A stretch of 62,143 nucleotides of DNA, the filler included, from Vezdaea acicularis (lineage: Eukaryota): NCBI GenBank assembly GCA_026025075.1. It is 4 parts of 4 records of this genome, joined end to end, with 100 filler letters (N's around TTAATTAATTAA, not from the genome) between each part and the next. Parts side by side here need not be neighbours in the genome. Positions count along the whole stretch, not along the records: positions 31,370 to 46,736 come from JAPEUI010000222.1; positions 46,837 to 62,143 come from JAPEUI010000223.1; 2 more parts are not named here. One strand, written 5' to 3'. This document shows, in pieces, positions 37,803 through 50,018 of this stretch (position 1 is its first letter; every line of letters starts with the position of its first letter). The notes below the pieces were generated by a model, which made no database searches, had not been told where the DNA came from, and saw only the letters and a list, made by a program, of their open reading frames with translations. The position numbers and the translations under genes are program-made.

Positions 37803-40800
37803 TCATTTCCCCCTCTCCCTTCCACAGCGCCTACAGACCTCCTTCCGGCCCCTCAACCCGGTCTCCCACGCCCAGCTAGTCGCACCACACTTTGTGCACT
37901 TCTCTCGCGCGTCTGCGTCCTTACTGGCGCCCTCCTTCTCGCCTTCGTCGTCTTCCCCACCATAAGAGCTATCACTGCTCAGCCGACTCACACTCGATTC
38001 CCCCCTCTTTAGCGTCCGCGGCCTCATCAAATGGCCCGAGCCATCCTCTTCCCTCCCCCCGCGCCCCATATGCGCTCCACCTGGTCCTACGCCCTCGCCC
38101 TCGGCGTCCAGCTCAGCGCTCGGATCGACGCTCTCTCTCCGGGGGCCCCCCATCTTCCAGCTCGAGGTGTTGTAGTACATCATACTCTGCCCGTTCGGGG
38201 CAATCATCAGCGGATCGTCCAGGTCCATACCAGGGAAGTATCGCTGAGGGGGATTGCTCCTGCTCGGCTCGAGTACCGCTCCCGGCATGGCCTCGTCCGC
38301 ACTCCGCTGCTCGTCGCTGCCCGGCGGTGGGGGGGAGGTCTCGATGGACGGGATTGGGACGGCGGCATTTGTGCTTTTCTGCAGCAAGCCGCGCGTGCCG
38401 ACAGCCTTACGTGGGCTTACGCTGCGGTTCGCCCTCTCTCTGCCAGGGGTGCCGCGGAAGGCGAGACTGTCCAGCGAGTCCTTGCTCGAGCCCACGGAAT
38501 TGCGCCATGAGTTGATGCGGTCGTCGCTGCCGCGCCCGAGGCCGAGGTTGAGGTTCAGGGCGGAGCTGGAGTTGCGGTGAACGGATGAAGAGCCAGAGGT
38601 ACGCGTGGCGATGCTGGCGCTGCGGTTGAAGAGGCCGGTGCCGACGCGTTTGGAGAACGAGGATGCGTCCCAGCTTTCGCTGCGCAGACGCTTCTGCCAC
38701 GCACAGTCCTGTCGGAAGACCTTGATTGCACCAGTGTAGTCTGCTGTTACGATGATGTTGCCGTCGAGGTGGCCAGAGCGAGCCGTCCAGGTTGCGGATT
38801 GGGCGAGGGGGGCAGAGGTTGGGCCAGTAGCGGCAGTGGGGTTTGTGTCAATGGAGGCGGGGTGGTCGGGCGAGGTGGTTGAGCCGGCTTCCGAGTCGCG
38901 CTTTTCGGAGAGTGTTGGGGGGCGTGAGGAGGTTTTGGAGTCATTGCGCGAGGTGAGAGTTATGCGAGGGGGGTTGCAGAGGTCGAAGAGGGGGTCGCCG
39001 GAGGAGCTGAGGAGTTTTTTCGTCTGTGTTGGGGCGAGGCGCGCAGTAGTTACGATAGCTTTGTGAGCTTCGAACATCTCCATGGGGCGGCGGTCTCTCT
39101 TGTCGTCCTCGCCAGGACCGGTCGACCAGATGTAGCATTTGCGGTCTTCGCTGCCGCTGATGACCCAACGGGCGTCATCGCTAAAAGAGGCGTGGATTTG
39201 GGAGCAGGTATTTTCATTACCCTTGAACTTCAGCTCGAGGGACTTGTCGCGGAAGTTGTAAAGGCGGATGCGAGAGTCGTTGCTGGTGATGAGGAGTTTG
39301 ACTTCACCAGATGGGTCATCTGGCGGATATGTGATTGTCTCGATGCCAGTGATTTTGCTTCCCTTGACGTTCCGACCGTGTGATGACCGGACATGTATCT
39401 GTGTCAGATACTTGAGCCCTTCAGTCTCATAAAAGAGGCAAAGGCCTTTGAGACATCCGGCTATAGCTGTCTTTCCATCAGGAGTAAACGAAACAGCGGT
39501 GATCAGATCAGGCAAAGTGCTGAAGAAAGCGACCTGCTTGTCTGGTATACTCCATAGTCTCAGTTTCGAGTCTAATGAACCCGCGAGGAAGAATCTATCA
39601 TCTCGAGGATGGAAAGCGATGGAAGTGACGAAGTCGCTATGCTTAAAAGCGCAGAGGCACTCTGCTCTACTGATGTGCCATAGTCGGACCGTTTTATCCA
39701 TGGATGAGGAAAGAAGGAAGTTGTTCTATCAACATCAGCAACAAGCTCCTCAGAACCCAAGCATTTTTCTCGTACTTTACTCCAACTTATATCCAGCACG
39801 TCCGCCGTATGCCCCTCATACTCTCTCACGGTTGTGGATCGAAAGACTGGTGCCTGGAGCTTCTCATGCCTCTCTTTTGTGCCTGTATTGTCTGCATAAG
39901 CAATATGTACCTCTTCGTCCATCTCGTGAGCTTCTCGCTCCTCTGACGTCGAGATAACCGCCCAAACCCTGACCACCTTATCTTGTCCCCCAGTTGCTAG
40001 GTATTTGCCATCTTTGCTAAACTCTAATGCCCACACAGCAGTTTGGCTCTCCTTTATGCCAGGTCTCGGCTCCTCCACCTTTGTTTCTACTCCATTTGCC
40101 GACTTCTCCTGGGCTTTGCGACTCTGCAGCTCTTGTGCTAGAAATACTCGGTTGAAGTCCCGAGTCTTCTTGTTACGTGCCCTGACTTTGATGTACTTTG
40201 GGGGCGGGGGGAACTGCGGGATGAAGCCTACGGGCTGAGAGAAGACCGCAGCATCCATCCCCTCAATCCGCCGATCTCCAGCCTCAGAATCATCATCGTC
40301 AATCTCGGAAGGTGTCTCGATTTTCTTGTTCCGCATGATTCGACTCAAAAAGGAAACACCTTTTCTATATTCAAAATTGGGTTAGCCGATATATTTGGTG
40401 TAACGCACGAGACAGGGTGGCGGAGTAGCCAGTAAGCTTATAAATAAGCACACGCGCAAGCTAGCCGGACGGGTAGTAGCATTTCCTAAGTTTGAGATGG
40501 GGATATATATCTCACTTCTTATCTTTCGGGTTCAGCAAGCTCTCAGCGTGGGGAGAGACCGACGTAGACTTCCGTCCCGCGGTAGCCACGTCAGCCCCCG
40601 CTGGCCCTGTAGCCCCCAAACTCTCGCCCATACTGTCACTAGTAGCAGTCCGTAGTTTCTGAGGAATGATGTTCTCTGTATTGGTGCGCTTTAGGATATG
40701 CTGAGGTTTGACGCCCGTAAGTCAGCCTATTTATTCGGTACCGCATGTTTACAAGAAGACAAGTAAGCAGATATTGGTACACGAACCCGTGACAATGGGT

Positions 40801-41157
40801 CGATCGCAGTCTGGGACTGACGTCCTTGATCTCTTCCATCTATTGAAGATTTCCGCGCAGGAGATGCTGAATTCTCATTATTCGTAGACTCAGGTGGGCG
40901 CTTGCTTGGGCGGCCTTCTCCGTTCAATGACCGACTCGCTATCGAGGTCCGTCAGCATCAGCCGTAATAGCTTGCGTGTTCAGCTGGGATGGCCGCGCAC
41001 TCTTTTCGCGTTTTGTCTACATGGAGCACATACGATTTGCTAAAGCATCTGCGCCTTGTTCTTCCACGGGAGATGAGAGTACCTCCGGTGGATCTGGGGT
41101 ACCCTGGACCCCGTCCAGAGAAGCCGTCACCTCAACAGTGGGTAGTACCTCAGCCAT
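37803..41157 (-). CDS. WD40 protein of the WDR44/Dgr2/YMR102C family, multi-exon
   Basis: PPKYIKVRARNKKTRDFNRVFLAQEL, VWALEFSKDGKYLATGGQD, YEGHTADVLDISWSK|NNFLLSSSMDKTVRLWH, FHPRDDRFFLAGSLD; C-terminal CxxC..CxxC. Confidence 0.9.
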
Positions 41158-44100
41158 CAGCAAGGTGATCTCACATGGGGTGTCAGAAGTTGGATATATG
41201 ACTATTTAATTTGCGCGACACCGTGGTCACAAGTGACAGTGAGGTGGAAGAAGGGCAGTCATATCTATCAAAAGTCAGGAATGGAAAGCTTCAAGATGCG
41301 AGCGGACGCATTATGCATCCGCCGAGGCCCGAAACCGAAGCCGAAGCCGAAGCCATTGGACAAGCTTAAATGTTTCCGAACACTTGGCTCCTGCTCTTTG
41401 AGCGGCGTTCGGACCACAAACAACGTAAGGTGTGCAGCTCTATGGAGCAAATAGCTTACCAGATGAATCCCCGCATTAGGCCGAAATGCCAGCCCCTTCA
41501 CCTATCATATTGTAGCGATTGCACTGTAAGACGATGAAGCTTCAATTCCGAGTAGTTCGCACAAAGTTCGGGACGCCTCAGCACACCCACGTCATGTGGA
41601 GTGGGAAAACCCGGAAGTCGGCTCAATTTGCAGCCGATCCCACTCTCTCGAACAAAGGACGGAGAATTGTGCATATTTTTCACACGCTTGGCTGTATCAC
41701 CCTCTGACAGACTGTGACCATCAGGTTATCGATAAGAACTCCCGATCAAGCTCTAAGGAGGGATCACTCATGTTGAGCGCAGCCGGCGAGCTTGGAGGTC
41801 AAAATCTGATCGGGGTTATGTCAGCCTTATGGGGGGTTGGGCAGTACGCTGAGAAGAGTGTCGACAGCGGGGACTTGTCCGGGACCCATTTCCCAAGAAC
41901 CGCGAAAGATCAGACAAGACGATCGGCATCCTACGTCGCCAGGGTTTTGCCTTCAGGACAGGGCCAGATCCATCCAAGGAAATGATCAAGCAAAGCCTAG
42001 ACGGGACTGATAGTTCATCTCTAGGGTGATCTCGACATGGCTTTTCCAACAAGAACTCGGACATTTCCGTCATGACGGCCGATATGGCCAATCACACACG
42101 AAGGGCGCTCGTCGGACGGTTCCCCGTCCCTGGAAGGGGTTGCAAACTCTTTTAAAGTTACAGGGCTGTTGCAGCAGCTTGGAAAAGCTTGCGCAAGGTC
42201 CTGGGATCGTCGCCGTCGATCTCTCCAAAGACATGGCATTGACGCCGACGGAAGAGCTGTCAAAATTCTGATTTTCCCAGGCTCTTTTCATCCGACGCGG
42301 GAGTGACATGGACGAGGCATGGGATTGGAGCCTTTGATAGCTCCAATCTCATGCTCAAAGCAAGAAATTTGCTGGGGCTTTGAAGGCAGCACATCTCCTT
42401 GACTTAGAATCCCTGACGGTGCGCACTGTTTCATTTGTTGTTTAACCTCCCACACGTGATTCTGGGCTTTTGGCGTCGTGGAGTGTCGCAATTCTCTGTA
42501 TGCCCTTTGCATGCGAGTCTTGTTGTTTCTTATCCGTGAACGATAGGACTACACAATATGCGAGCGTAGCTTTCAAAGTAAACTGGCTTGGGGAGTGTTG
42601 TGCTCTATTTATAGGGCTAAAAAGCAGACGGGTTTTACTACTATCTTCTGGGAGCCTTTTGGTGCCGGTCCTGCTAAGCAAGACTGGTGCAATATTAGGA
42701 GAGAGTGCAAAGCAGGTGAACACCGGTTGCTTCGCAATAGCCTCTGAGAGCTTGGGAATATCTTTCAACATTGGGGCTACGGCTATCTTGAGAGTCACCA
42801 TGTTATCCAAGCACTGGTTATCTATCCAAGCAAATCGTTGCACGAATCGAGAACTTCATATCGAAACACCTATGTCAACGAAAGGCTTGTAGCAACAGCA
42901 GTATCCATATCATGACACACCATCTATCACATGATTGATTCCAACAATTACGATCAGCGATCAACTCGTCGCCGCGCTTCTCTCCTCTTCCTCTGACATC
43001 TCCGCTGCGTCAATTATTCGAACGTAGCGCCCCTGTATTGCTTTTCTTCAAACGAGGAGGGCCACCATGGCGTGGTGGGCAATAGCGCGCTTTTACTAAT
43101 TGGATCAAAGTCCGTCTAAAAAGAGGCCAGTCAGGCGACTTTCGGCAGGACACGATAGCCATTTACGTCTATTGCGCCTGGTCTGGAAGCTGGACGATCA
43201 TACTGAAAGGCTGGTGTTCTGGGGGCTTGCGTGCCTGGCACAAGCCCCAAGGAGGCCATCACTCTCAGCCTTTGAGGGGTCCAGCGATACTTTGCACCTT
43301 TGCGCATTATTCGAGCGGGTCTCATCTGGTGGCGTGCGCCCTTTCGCTTGCTGCAACGGGCAAGCCCGGAGCGCTCACATGGTCGCGAAAAGAATTTCAC
43401 GTTGCATTCTGACGACTGGCGCAGAGGTTGGCAGCGACTTGGACCCATCGCTCGCCTATCGAATCGGCGATACGACTGCTAATGAGGACTGCGTTTCGTA
43501 AGGATGCTCGGGCCTGTGTGTAAGAGGGTTGGGAGAACAGGTTCGACACTGCTCTCATGCGTGTGATTTCCGGAAGCAGTGATGACCTCGACTTGCGGGC
43601 CGTCCAGGCGGCTTGATGGGAGCTAGGGGGGAAGCTCCCGTTGCGGACCGTGATTGAACCAGTTGCAGAAGGTCTACGACGGCGTCGAAACCGCACGACG
43701 CGGCAACCCCGGCACTTGGTCACACCTTCGTCTGACGGCGAGGCTGCATACTCCAGCGCATTCGGAGCTGCGGGGAAGGGAGCGGAGGGCTTCGTGGCCC
43801 AGCTATGCATGCGCTTGGACCCTTCATCTGCGGCTGTGGGGTTGAAGAAAGGTTGGGGATTGAAGTCCTGACCTTGACGACGTTGGGTCAGGTCAAACCT
43901 GGCATATAGTCAGCATCTTAACAGTCAGTCAGCACGTCGCGAAGAGGGATTCCCTGTCTACGCTCATAGCTAAGAGGGTCGACAGCGAGGTCTGATTGGA
44001 TTGCCGTGATCAGGCCCGCGCCGCCCTCCGCATCCTCTTCCCTTACGTAGCGATGGAGGGGGCGCCCTAGGGAGGGGTTAGGAGGTGCTAGTAGGAGGCG

Positions 44101-45197
44101 CTACCGCAGTCGCAGGAAAAGGCTTGAGGCCTTGAGCAACGGTGAAAGACCCTGGCAGTTGGAGCTCTCCATTTCCTCATCATGATGAGGATCATCGCCT
44201 TCGCCATATACTGAAGCTGTTCGAGATCGAGAGGGGCCTTTTGCTTCTGATGGCAAAACGAATACCCTCCGAGTTTGCGCCGGTGGGCCGCCGATCAGGC
44301 TTCGAGATTCTCGAGCGCAAAGTCATCTGCGCACAGTCCGGGCGACGCAGAACGTCGAAAATCTCCTTCCGCAAGCTCGCAAGCTTCCCTCCAGACGCCA
44401 CCATGAGCGCCTCTGCCCAATCGACCGATGGAAGCAGGGACTGGATGCCCTGCACCGACCACCAACGCTCAGTTCGCGGTCGTATGCAAGCCCGGTCGAA
44501 TATTGTGATTGGCCGCCGCCCGGCGAATTTATTGACTCTCCCGCCATCCGCGACGATCACATCTGCTGCTGTCTCATCGAATAAGTCAAGCCCAGGCGAG
44601 GCAGGGCCAGAAGAGCAGAGTATGATGCCGACCAGGTTGGGTTGGGTGTTGTGAGTTGATCGGAGAGTGAGGCCGTCGCGCCGGAGGACTTGCGGACCTG
44701 GTTCGCCGGGGCGCCCTTAGCCCCATTTCGCTTCCAGGCCATGACCTTGACTTTTGCGGGGCACCGACCGCACCCACCGAAAAATTCGACCCGGGGTTCC
44801 TCTCGTTACGGCACCGGCACTACTTCAGGCTACTCGCCCAGCCTGTCGGGTCGGCGCTGGCCCGTTGATCCACTCTTTTTCCTGCACTCCACACTTTTAA
44901 TCCACACCCGGCAGCCCCCTCTTCCCCCCAATACCCCAGTTATTTCCTCAGACTATTGAAATACAGTACACCCCCCCTCCCCCCGGGGATGGTGACACGA
45001 CACGACTACATATCAGCCCCACCGTCCACCTCTCCCTCCGTACGGCCCGAACTTTAACACCTACGCTCCACATATTCGAATGCGTCCCCATCAGAGCTTT
45101 ACAGCTTTACTACGGACCCCTCGAGCCCGGATGATGCCCCCGTAACAAGCTTGCCTCTCATGCCATCCTCACCACGCTCCGCCCTCTCGCCGTCGAT

Positions 45198-46061
45198 ATG
45201 GTCCGCTTTCTTCCCCCCATTACTTCCTCCGATGAAGCCTTCAACGATGTTTTCACCTTTACAGCCGGGCCCAAGCCAGCCTTCCTCCTAAAGTTCGCCC
45301 GGTCCTCGTCTCCCCGACCAGCAGCTCGTCGGATGCAGTCGGAGAGCAGGAAGCGTGGACGTCCGCTAGCTGACGTCGACGGGGACTATCACGGGATCAC
45401 CCGCACCAAGAAGCGGAGGCTACGCCTGTTCCTGATCACCTCCCGCCTCAGCCGTCCCTTCTCCTCGCCGCCGACCCATATCATCGATCGCGGCTACTCC
45501 AAGATCGCTGTGTGGGCAAAGCAAAAGTCGCTGGGTCGCAATCTGCTTCGAAAGGCGGCTATCATGAACCGTGTGAAGAAGCTGGCCATCGCCGCGCGCG
45601 AGGTCGAACAGAAGCAGTTGGAGCTGGCACGCCAGGCGTTCATGTCAGTCCTCGAATCTCCCCTTCTCCAACCTCATCCGCGGTCAGGCCGGCCAGCTGA
45701 CACGTCGTACAGCAGACACCACGCCTCGCTCGTGCAGATACCTCGGCGGCAATATATTCCACTTCCCCCATCTCCCCTGGGCCTATCGAACTATGCCGCG
45801 CTCGACCTCGAAGACGATATCTATGATGACGACGATGACGACTGTAACGGGGAGCGGCCCACGCTGTATAGTGACTTCAATATCCTCGAGCCAAGCGAGT
45901 CCGTCGTACTTGACTACGACAGCCTTGAACATCTTAACGACCCTCTCCAGCAATCTCAGAAACCGCCGGCGCCGATACCACCAGATGAGAGGATGGCTGA
46001 AATCATGAGAGAAAAGGAGAGACAGAAAGAACTTTGCTTCTTGCCGTTTGGCGTCGTGTAG
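45198..46061 (+). CDS. Conserved hypothetical fungal protein, probably with an in-frame 69-nt intron (45644-45712)
   Basis: 287-aa ORF with basic KKRRLRLFLITSRLSRPFS block, LPPSPLGLSNY, LYSDF; GTCAGT...GCTGAC...CAG intron signals. Confidence 0.75.
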   Translation: MVRFLPPITSSDEAFNDVFTFTAGPKPAFLLKFARSSSPRPAARRMQSESRKRGRPLADVDGDYHGITRTKKRRLRLFLITSRLSRPFSSPPTHIIDRGYSKIAVWAKQKSLGRNLLRKAAIMNRVKKLAIAAREVEQKQLELARQAFMSVLESPLLQPHPRSGRPADTSYSRHHASLVQIPRRQYIPLPPSPLGLSNYAALDLEDDIYDDDDDDCNGERPTLYSDFNILEPSESVVLDYDSLEHLNDPLQQSQKPPAPIPPDERMAEIMREKERQKELCFLPFGVV

Positions 46062-46562
46062 CGCTCTTGTTCATGCCACATTCATCCGACCCATACTCAT
46101 ACTCCTACTCGGTTCCAGGCTTGGCCCATCGCATGTTTTTGGGGCAGAAGCGTTTTTCAGCTTGATTGCATTGCGCGTGGTCGGTCATTACTAGCAAAAA
46201 CTTGTTTTGTTGTCGGGCATTAAGTGGTGCGAGGGTTTTTTTGAAGCATCAGCGATGGGAGATTGAGGAGAGCGTCCTCGGCAGGGCTTGAGCTATGTAC
46301 TGTACTGCACTTTACTGTGGTGAAGTTAGCCATCGCCTTCTCGAGCTCGAACGCGTCGGACGACGGTTGGAGGTACATCAACTACTCGTGCCTACCAACC
46401 ACCTTGCGCGTTCGCTTAGGTGGTGGACATACCAACGGGACAGACACACCAACGGGACAAATTGCGTAAGGACAGCAAGGAGGAGAAGCAGCGGCGTCTC
46501 CTTGCTAGGACAGAAGGGACAACTGTATCTGGATAATCTTGTCTATCAGAGAAGCATTGATC

Positions 46563-46736
46563 CATATATGACTGTTTTCGGATAAGCATTTTTTGTCCAA
46601 ATAAAAAGCGTCATTCAGGTAAGCAGCGTTGTCCCAATAAGTTGCATTGTCCTGATAAGTAGCATTATTCTACTAAATAGCGTTGTCCAGATAGAAAGCA
46701 TTGTCTTGATAGACAATGTTGTCCTGATAAGCAATG
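46563..46736. repeat. Degenerate 18-bp minisatellite (consensus TAGCATTGTCCTGATAAG) running into the gap
   Basis: Units cagcgttgtcccaataag, ttgcattgtcctgataag, tagcattattctactaaa, tagcgttgtccagataga, aagcattgtcttgataga, caatgttgtcctgataag. Confidence 0.8.
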
Positions 46737-46836
46737 NNNNNNNNNNNNNNNNNNNNNNNNNNNNNNNNNNNNNNNNNNNNTTAATTAATTAANNNNNNNN
46801 NNNNNNNNNNNNNNNNNNNNNNNNNNNNNNNNNNNN
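46737..46836. other. Artificial assembly spacer 44N-TTAATTAATTAA-44N
   Basis: Same spacer as at 15640. Confidence 0.97.
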
Positions 46837-47151
46837 CAACTCGAGAGATTGGTCGCCAGCTGATTGTGAGCCATGCTCAGAGCCATCCTCGGAGTAGCCG
46901 TCAGCGTCTAGCGGGCTAGTGTCGTAAAGTTGATCGTCTTGGGATCGATGCAACGGCACTGGAAAGGGGCAAATGAAAACGCCGTTAGGCTTCTCGAGCT
47001 TGACTTCAGAGGGCGTTGCAAATCTTGTGGTGCTGCCGTTATTTGAGGCTTCAGCGACATCTGTAGGTTCCCTTGCTATGACGACTCTTGACAGATAGAG
47101 TAAGGCAGCTAGGAAGGTGTGGCTAAGGTGGACGCGGAAATGAGAGTGCAT
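46837..47151 (-). CDS. 5' fragment of a putative secreted or membrane protein, truncated by the gap
   Basis: MHSHFRVHLSHTFLAALLYLSRVVIA signal-peptide-like segment, NGS sequon, frame open to the gap. Confidence 0.55.
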
Positions 47152-48100
47152 TATGAGCTGAACAGCTTGAAGAGGAGTAAAGAGATGTTTCGAGATAAAC
47201 ATGGCGTACGAGGTCGGCCTTAAAAAGGCTCCAGCATATAGAACAGTATCAAAAAGACCACATCGCGCACTGACGTGCTCAGGCCGCCATGTCTCCTTGT
47301 CTCAAACTAAGATAACGTCACCCTTGGAATTGAGGGTTCCGTGCGTATTCATGGAGCTGAAACGCTGGTCGCATGTACATGTATGAGGTCTTTTCCGAAA
47401 GATTTAGCCTTTTGTCCACCACATTAAAAATGGCATGTTCTGAACACAAGCGTAGTTGTAGGAGAAAATGTAATTAGAAGAGAACAAGATAATAGGTAAG
47501 CTATATCGCATCTGTTCATAGATTGCCATACCCAAATGTATACGAAAGCGTAAAGTTAGCCTCCAACTTTAATGCCACGTATCATACGAAAGCATCCTGT
47601 TAGAATGCTTTTATTGAACGGTCGGACAATATCTCAAAGGCTATTATCGACAAGGAAGGGAGCCAATTAAATTACTGTAATCAGCAGGGATATCAGTTGA
47701 ATGACCGCAATGGAATCCGAGTCCCTTGTTCAAGATCCGTGAGCCCACGATATTGCCCAACATGACCTTGTAGGTGTTAACCATTGAATTGATGCCAATT
47801 GGGACAGTCGCATCATAGAGAACAAAATCTTCGGGTCACGTCTTTATAAAGATTGGGTTTTGTGCAAAGCTGACACCAGTGATGAAGCGTACGATGTAGT
47901 GTTGAGACCACTTCGTATTATCGGAGTTAGACTTCGAAGACCGGATTTCCGATAATTTTTCAACGGCAAAAGCACCGAGCGGCTTATCTAAGATTAAAAG
48001 GCTGTGTAGTACTGCCTATACGACTAAACCATCAATAAGATCAATATCGGCCACTTACGTCTTTGCAAGTCATCGTTTGTTAAGGCCAGTTCGCGACGTC

Positions 48101-49593
48101 ATGCCCGCAGAACCAATTTCGGTGCCGGATGGAGCCGATCATGAGTCCCGACCTTCGCGTCCCCGACGAAGCTCCACCACTATTGACAAGACGATTATTC
48201 ACCCTGGTTCTGTGAATATCAATGTCACGGGAGCTTTCATTGCTGATTACGAGCCAAATACGCCTAATGTCGACCCTAACCCAGGTGGGAAACATGAGAC
48301 CAAAGATATTCGACTGCCCAACCAGGCAGCTGTTGTTAGCCACATTGCCGTAGATGTCAGCAACCCCGCCTCGTATACTAAAGCACAAGCTGATTAGAAC
48401 CTCGAACTCAGATTGGCGGATCGCTGGCGAAGCTTGTCTACTTTACTCGAGAGCCGACCTCGGAAGAATTGGGCGGGAGACTCAATTTCATCAAGTTCGA
48501 GACTGAAAGCATCGATTTATGCCTGCATTTTATGCAAAGACTCAAAGAAGAGCAGCAAACACGCAATGGATCAAAGCCTGGTGAGCTTAGCGTTGTCGCT
48601 ACTGGAGGAGGGGCGTACAAATACTACGATAGAATGAGAGAAGCGCTTGGAGGAGTCGAGGTGCTCAGGGAAGATGAGATGGAGTGTTTGATTACTGGTA
48701 GGCCTATGAGGGTTTCGTTCCCTAGGTCGCAGCTAACATGGGCGTACGTGTAGGCCTTGACTTTTTCCTCTCTGAGGTTCCAGACGAAGTTTTCACCTAT
48801 TCGGAGCAGGATCCCATGAATTTCGAGGAGCCAACTACAGATTTCTACCCCTATCTTCTAGTAAATATCGGCTCCGGTGTATCTATGATCAAAGTCTCGT
48901 CACCAAGAGATTTCACTCGCGTCGGTGGAACGTCCCTTGGTGGCGGGACTCTCTGGGGCCTTCTTTCGCTGTTGACCAGTGCAAACACGTTTGACGAAAT
49001 GCTCGAAATAGCTGATAAGGGTGATAATACCGCTGTGGATATGCTCGTGGGCGACATCTACGGCACAGACTATAACAAGATAGGGTTGAAGAGCAATATC
49101 ATTGCGAGCAGTTTTGGCAAGGTCTTCAACCTAAAGAAGAACGCAGAGAAGAGCGCTGAAGATAGCGGGGGTTTGGCCAACAGGGATCAGGAAGAGGCCA
49201 ATAAGAGCGAAGAGACGAAACAGGAGAAGGGCGGCTTTAAAGAGTCGGATATGAGTCTAAGCCTTCTCTACGCTGTCAGGTAAGTTCCCGTAACACGTAC
49301 TTATTCAGGCCCATCTCATGCTTGATTATAGCAACAACATCGGCCAAATCGCCTACCTTACATGCGAGAAACACAACCTCTCACGCATCTATTTTGGGGG
49401 CTCATTTATCAGGGGTCATCGGCAGACGATGAATACGCTGTCGTTCGCGGTTAATTTTTGGTCTCAGGGGAAGACGGAGGCATACTTTCTTAGGCATGAA
49501 GGGTATCTCGGCGCCGTCGGTGCTTTTTTGAAGAGACAGCCGAGGAATTGGGGAAGACGAAATAGCGTTGAGGAGAACATCTCAACAGCCTAA
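48101..49593 (+). CDS. CAB1: Type II pantothenate kinase, 4 exons
   Basis: SHIAVD|IGGSLAKLVYF, ATGGGAYK, EDEMECLITG, YPYLLVNIGSGVS, RVGGTSLGGGT, DMLVGDIYG, NNIGQIA, FLRHEGYLGAVGAF. Confidence 0.95.
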
Positions 49594-50018
49594 TTTGCTG
49601 TGGCGTTCGGGAAAGATCGAGAGAGCAAGCTGATGGATATGCAGATGGCTGTGGGATATTAGATGGCGGAAGGAAAGCACCTCTAGACTAGATTCAGGAA
49701 CAGTACTCGCTATTCACGAATTCACACTCACATAGGCACTGTTCATCGTGGACGCGTCAATTCGAGAGTTTTTGATTGAAAGTTTCCTGATACCTTATAA
49801 TCCCACGTAAAAGCGCTTGGCGCATCCCCCACTAACAACTTGCGAGCTTAGAGATCAGTGAGCTGACAAGAACTAAATCCTCATTTCTTATAACGATAGG
49901 CCCAGATAAGCCCCCCTATTACCCCTCTCCCCACAAAAGCTAAATCAACTCCTAAAGCAGTGCGTCGGGAAAGCTAGTCGTTTGCATTGATCAATCGCAG
50001 ACAGCTACTAGGCTATCT

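Noticed and set aside
44070..44085. GGGGTTAGG as a telomerase RNA template in the 4-kb gap
   Set aside because: Only an 8-nt match, not the TAACCCTAA-type template; expected by chance
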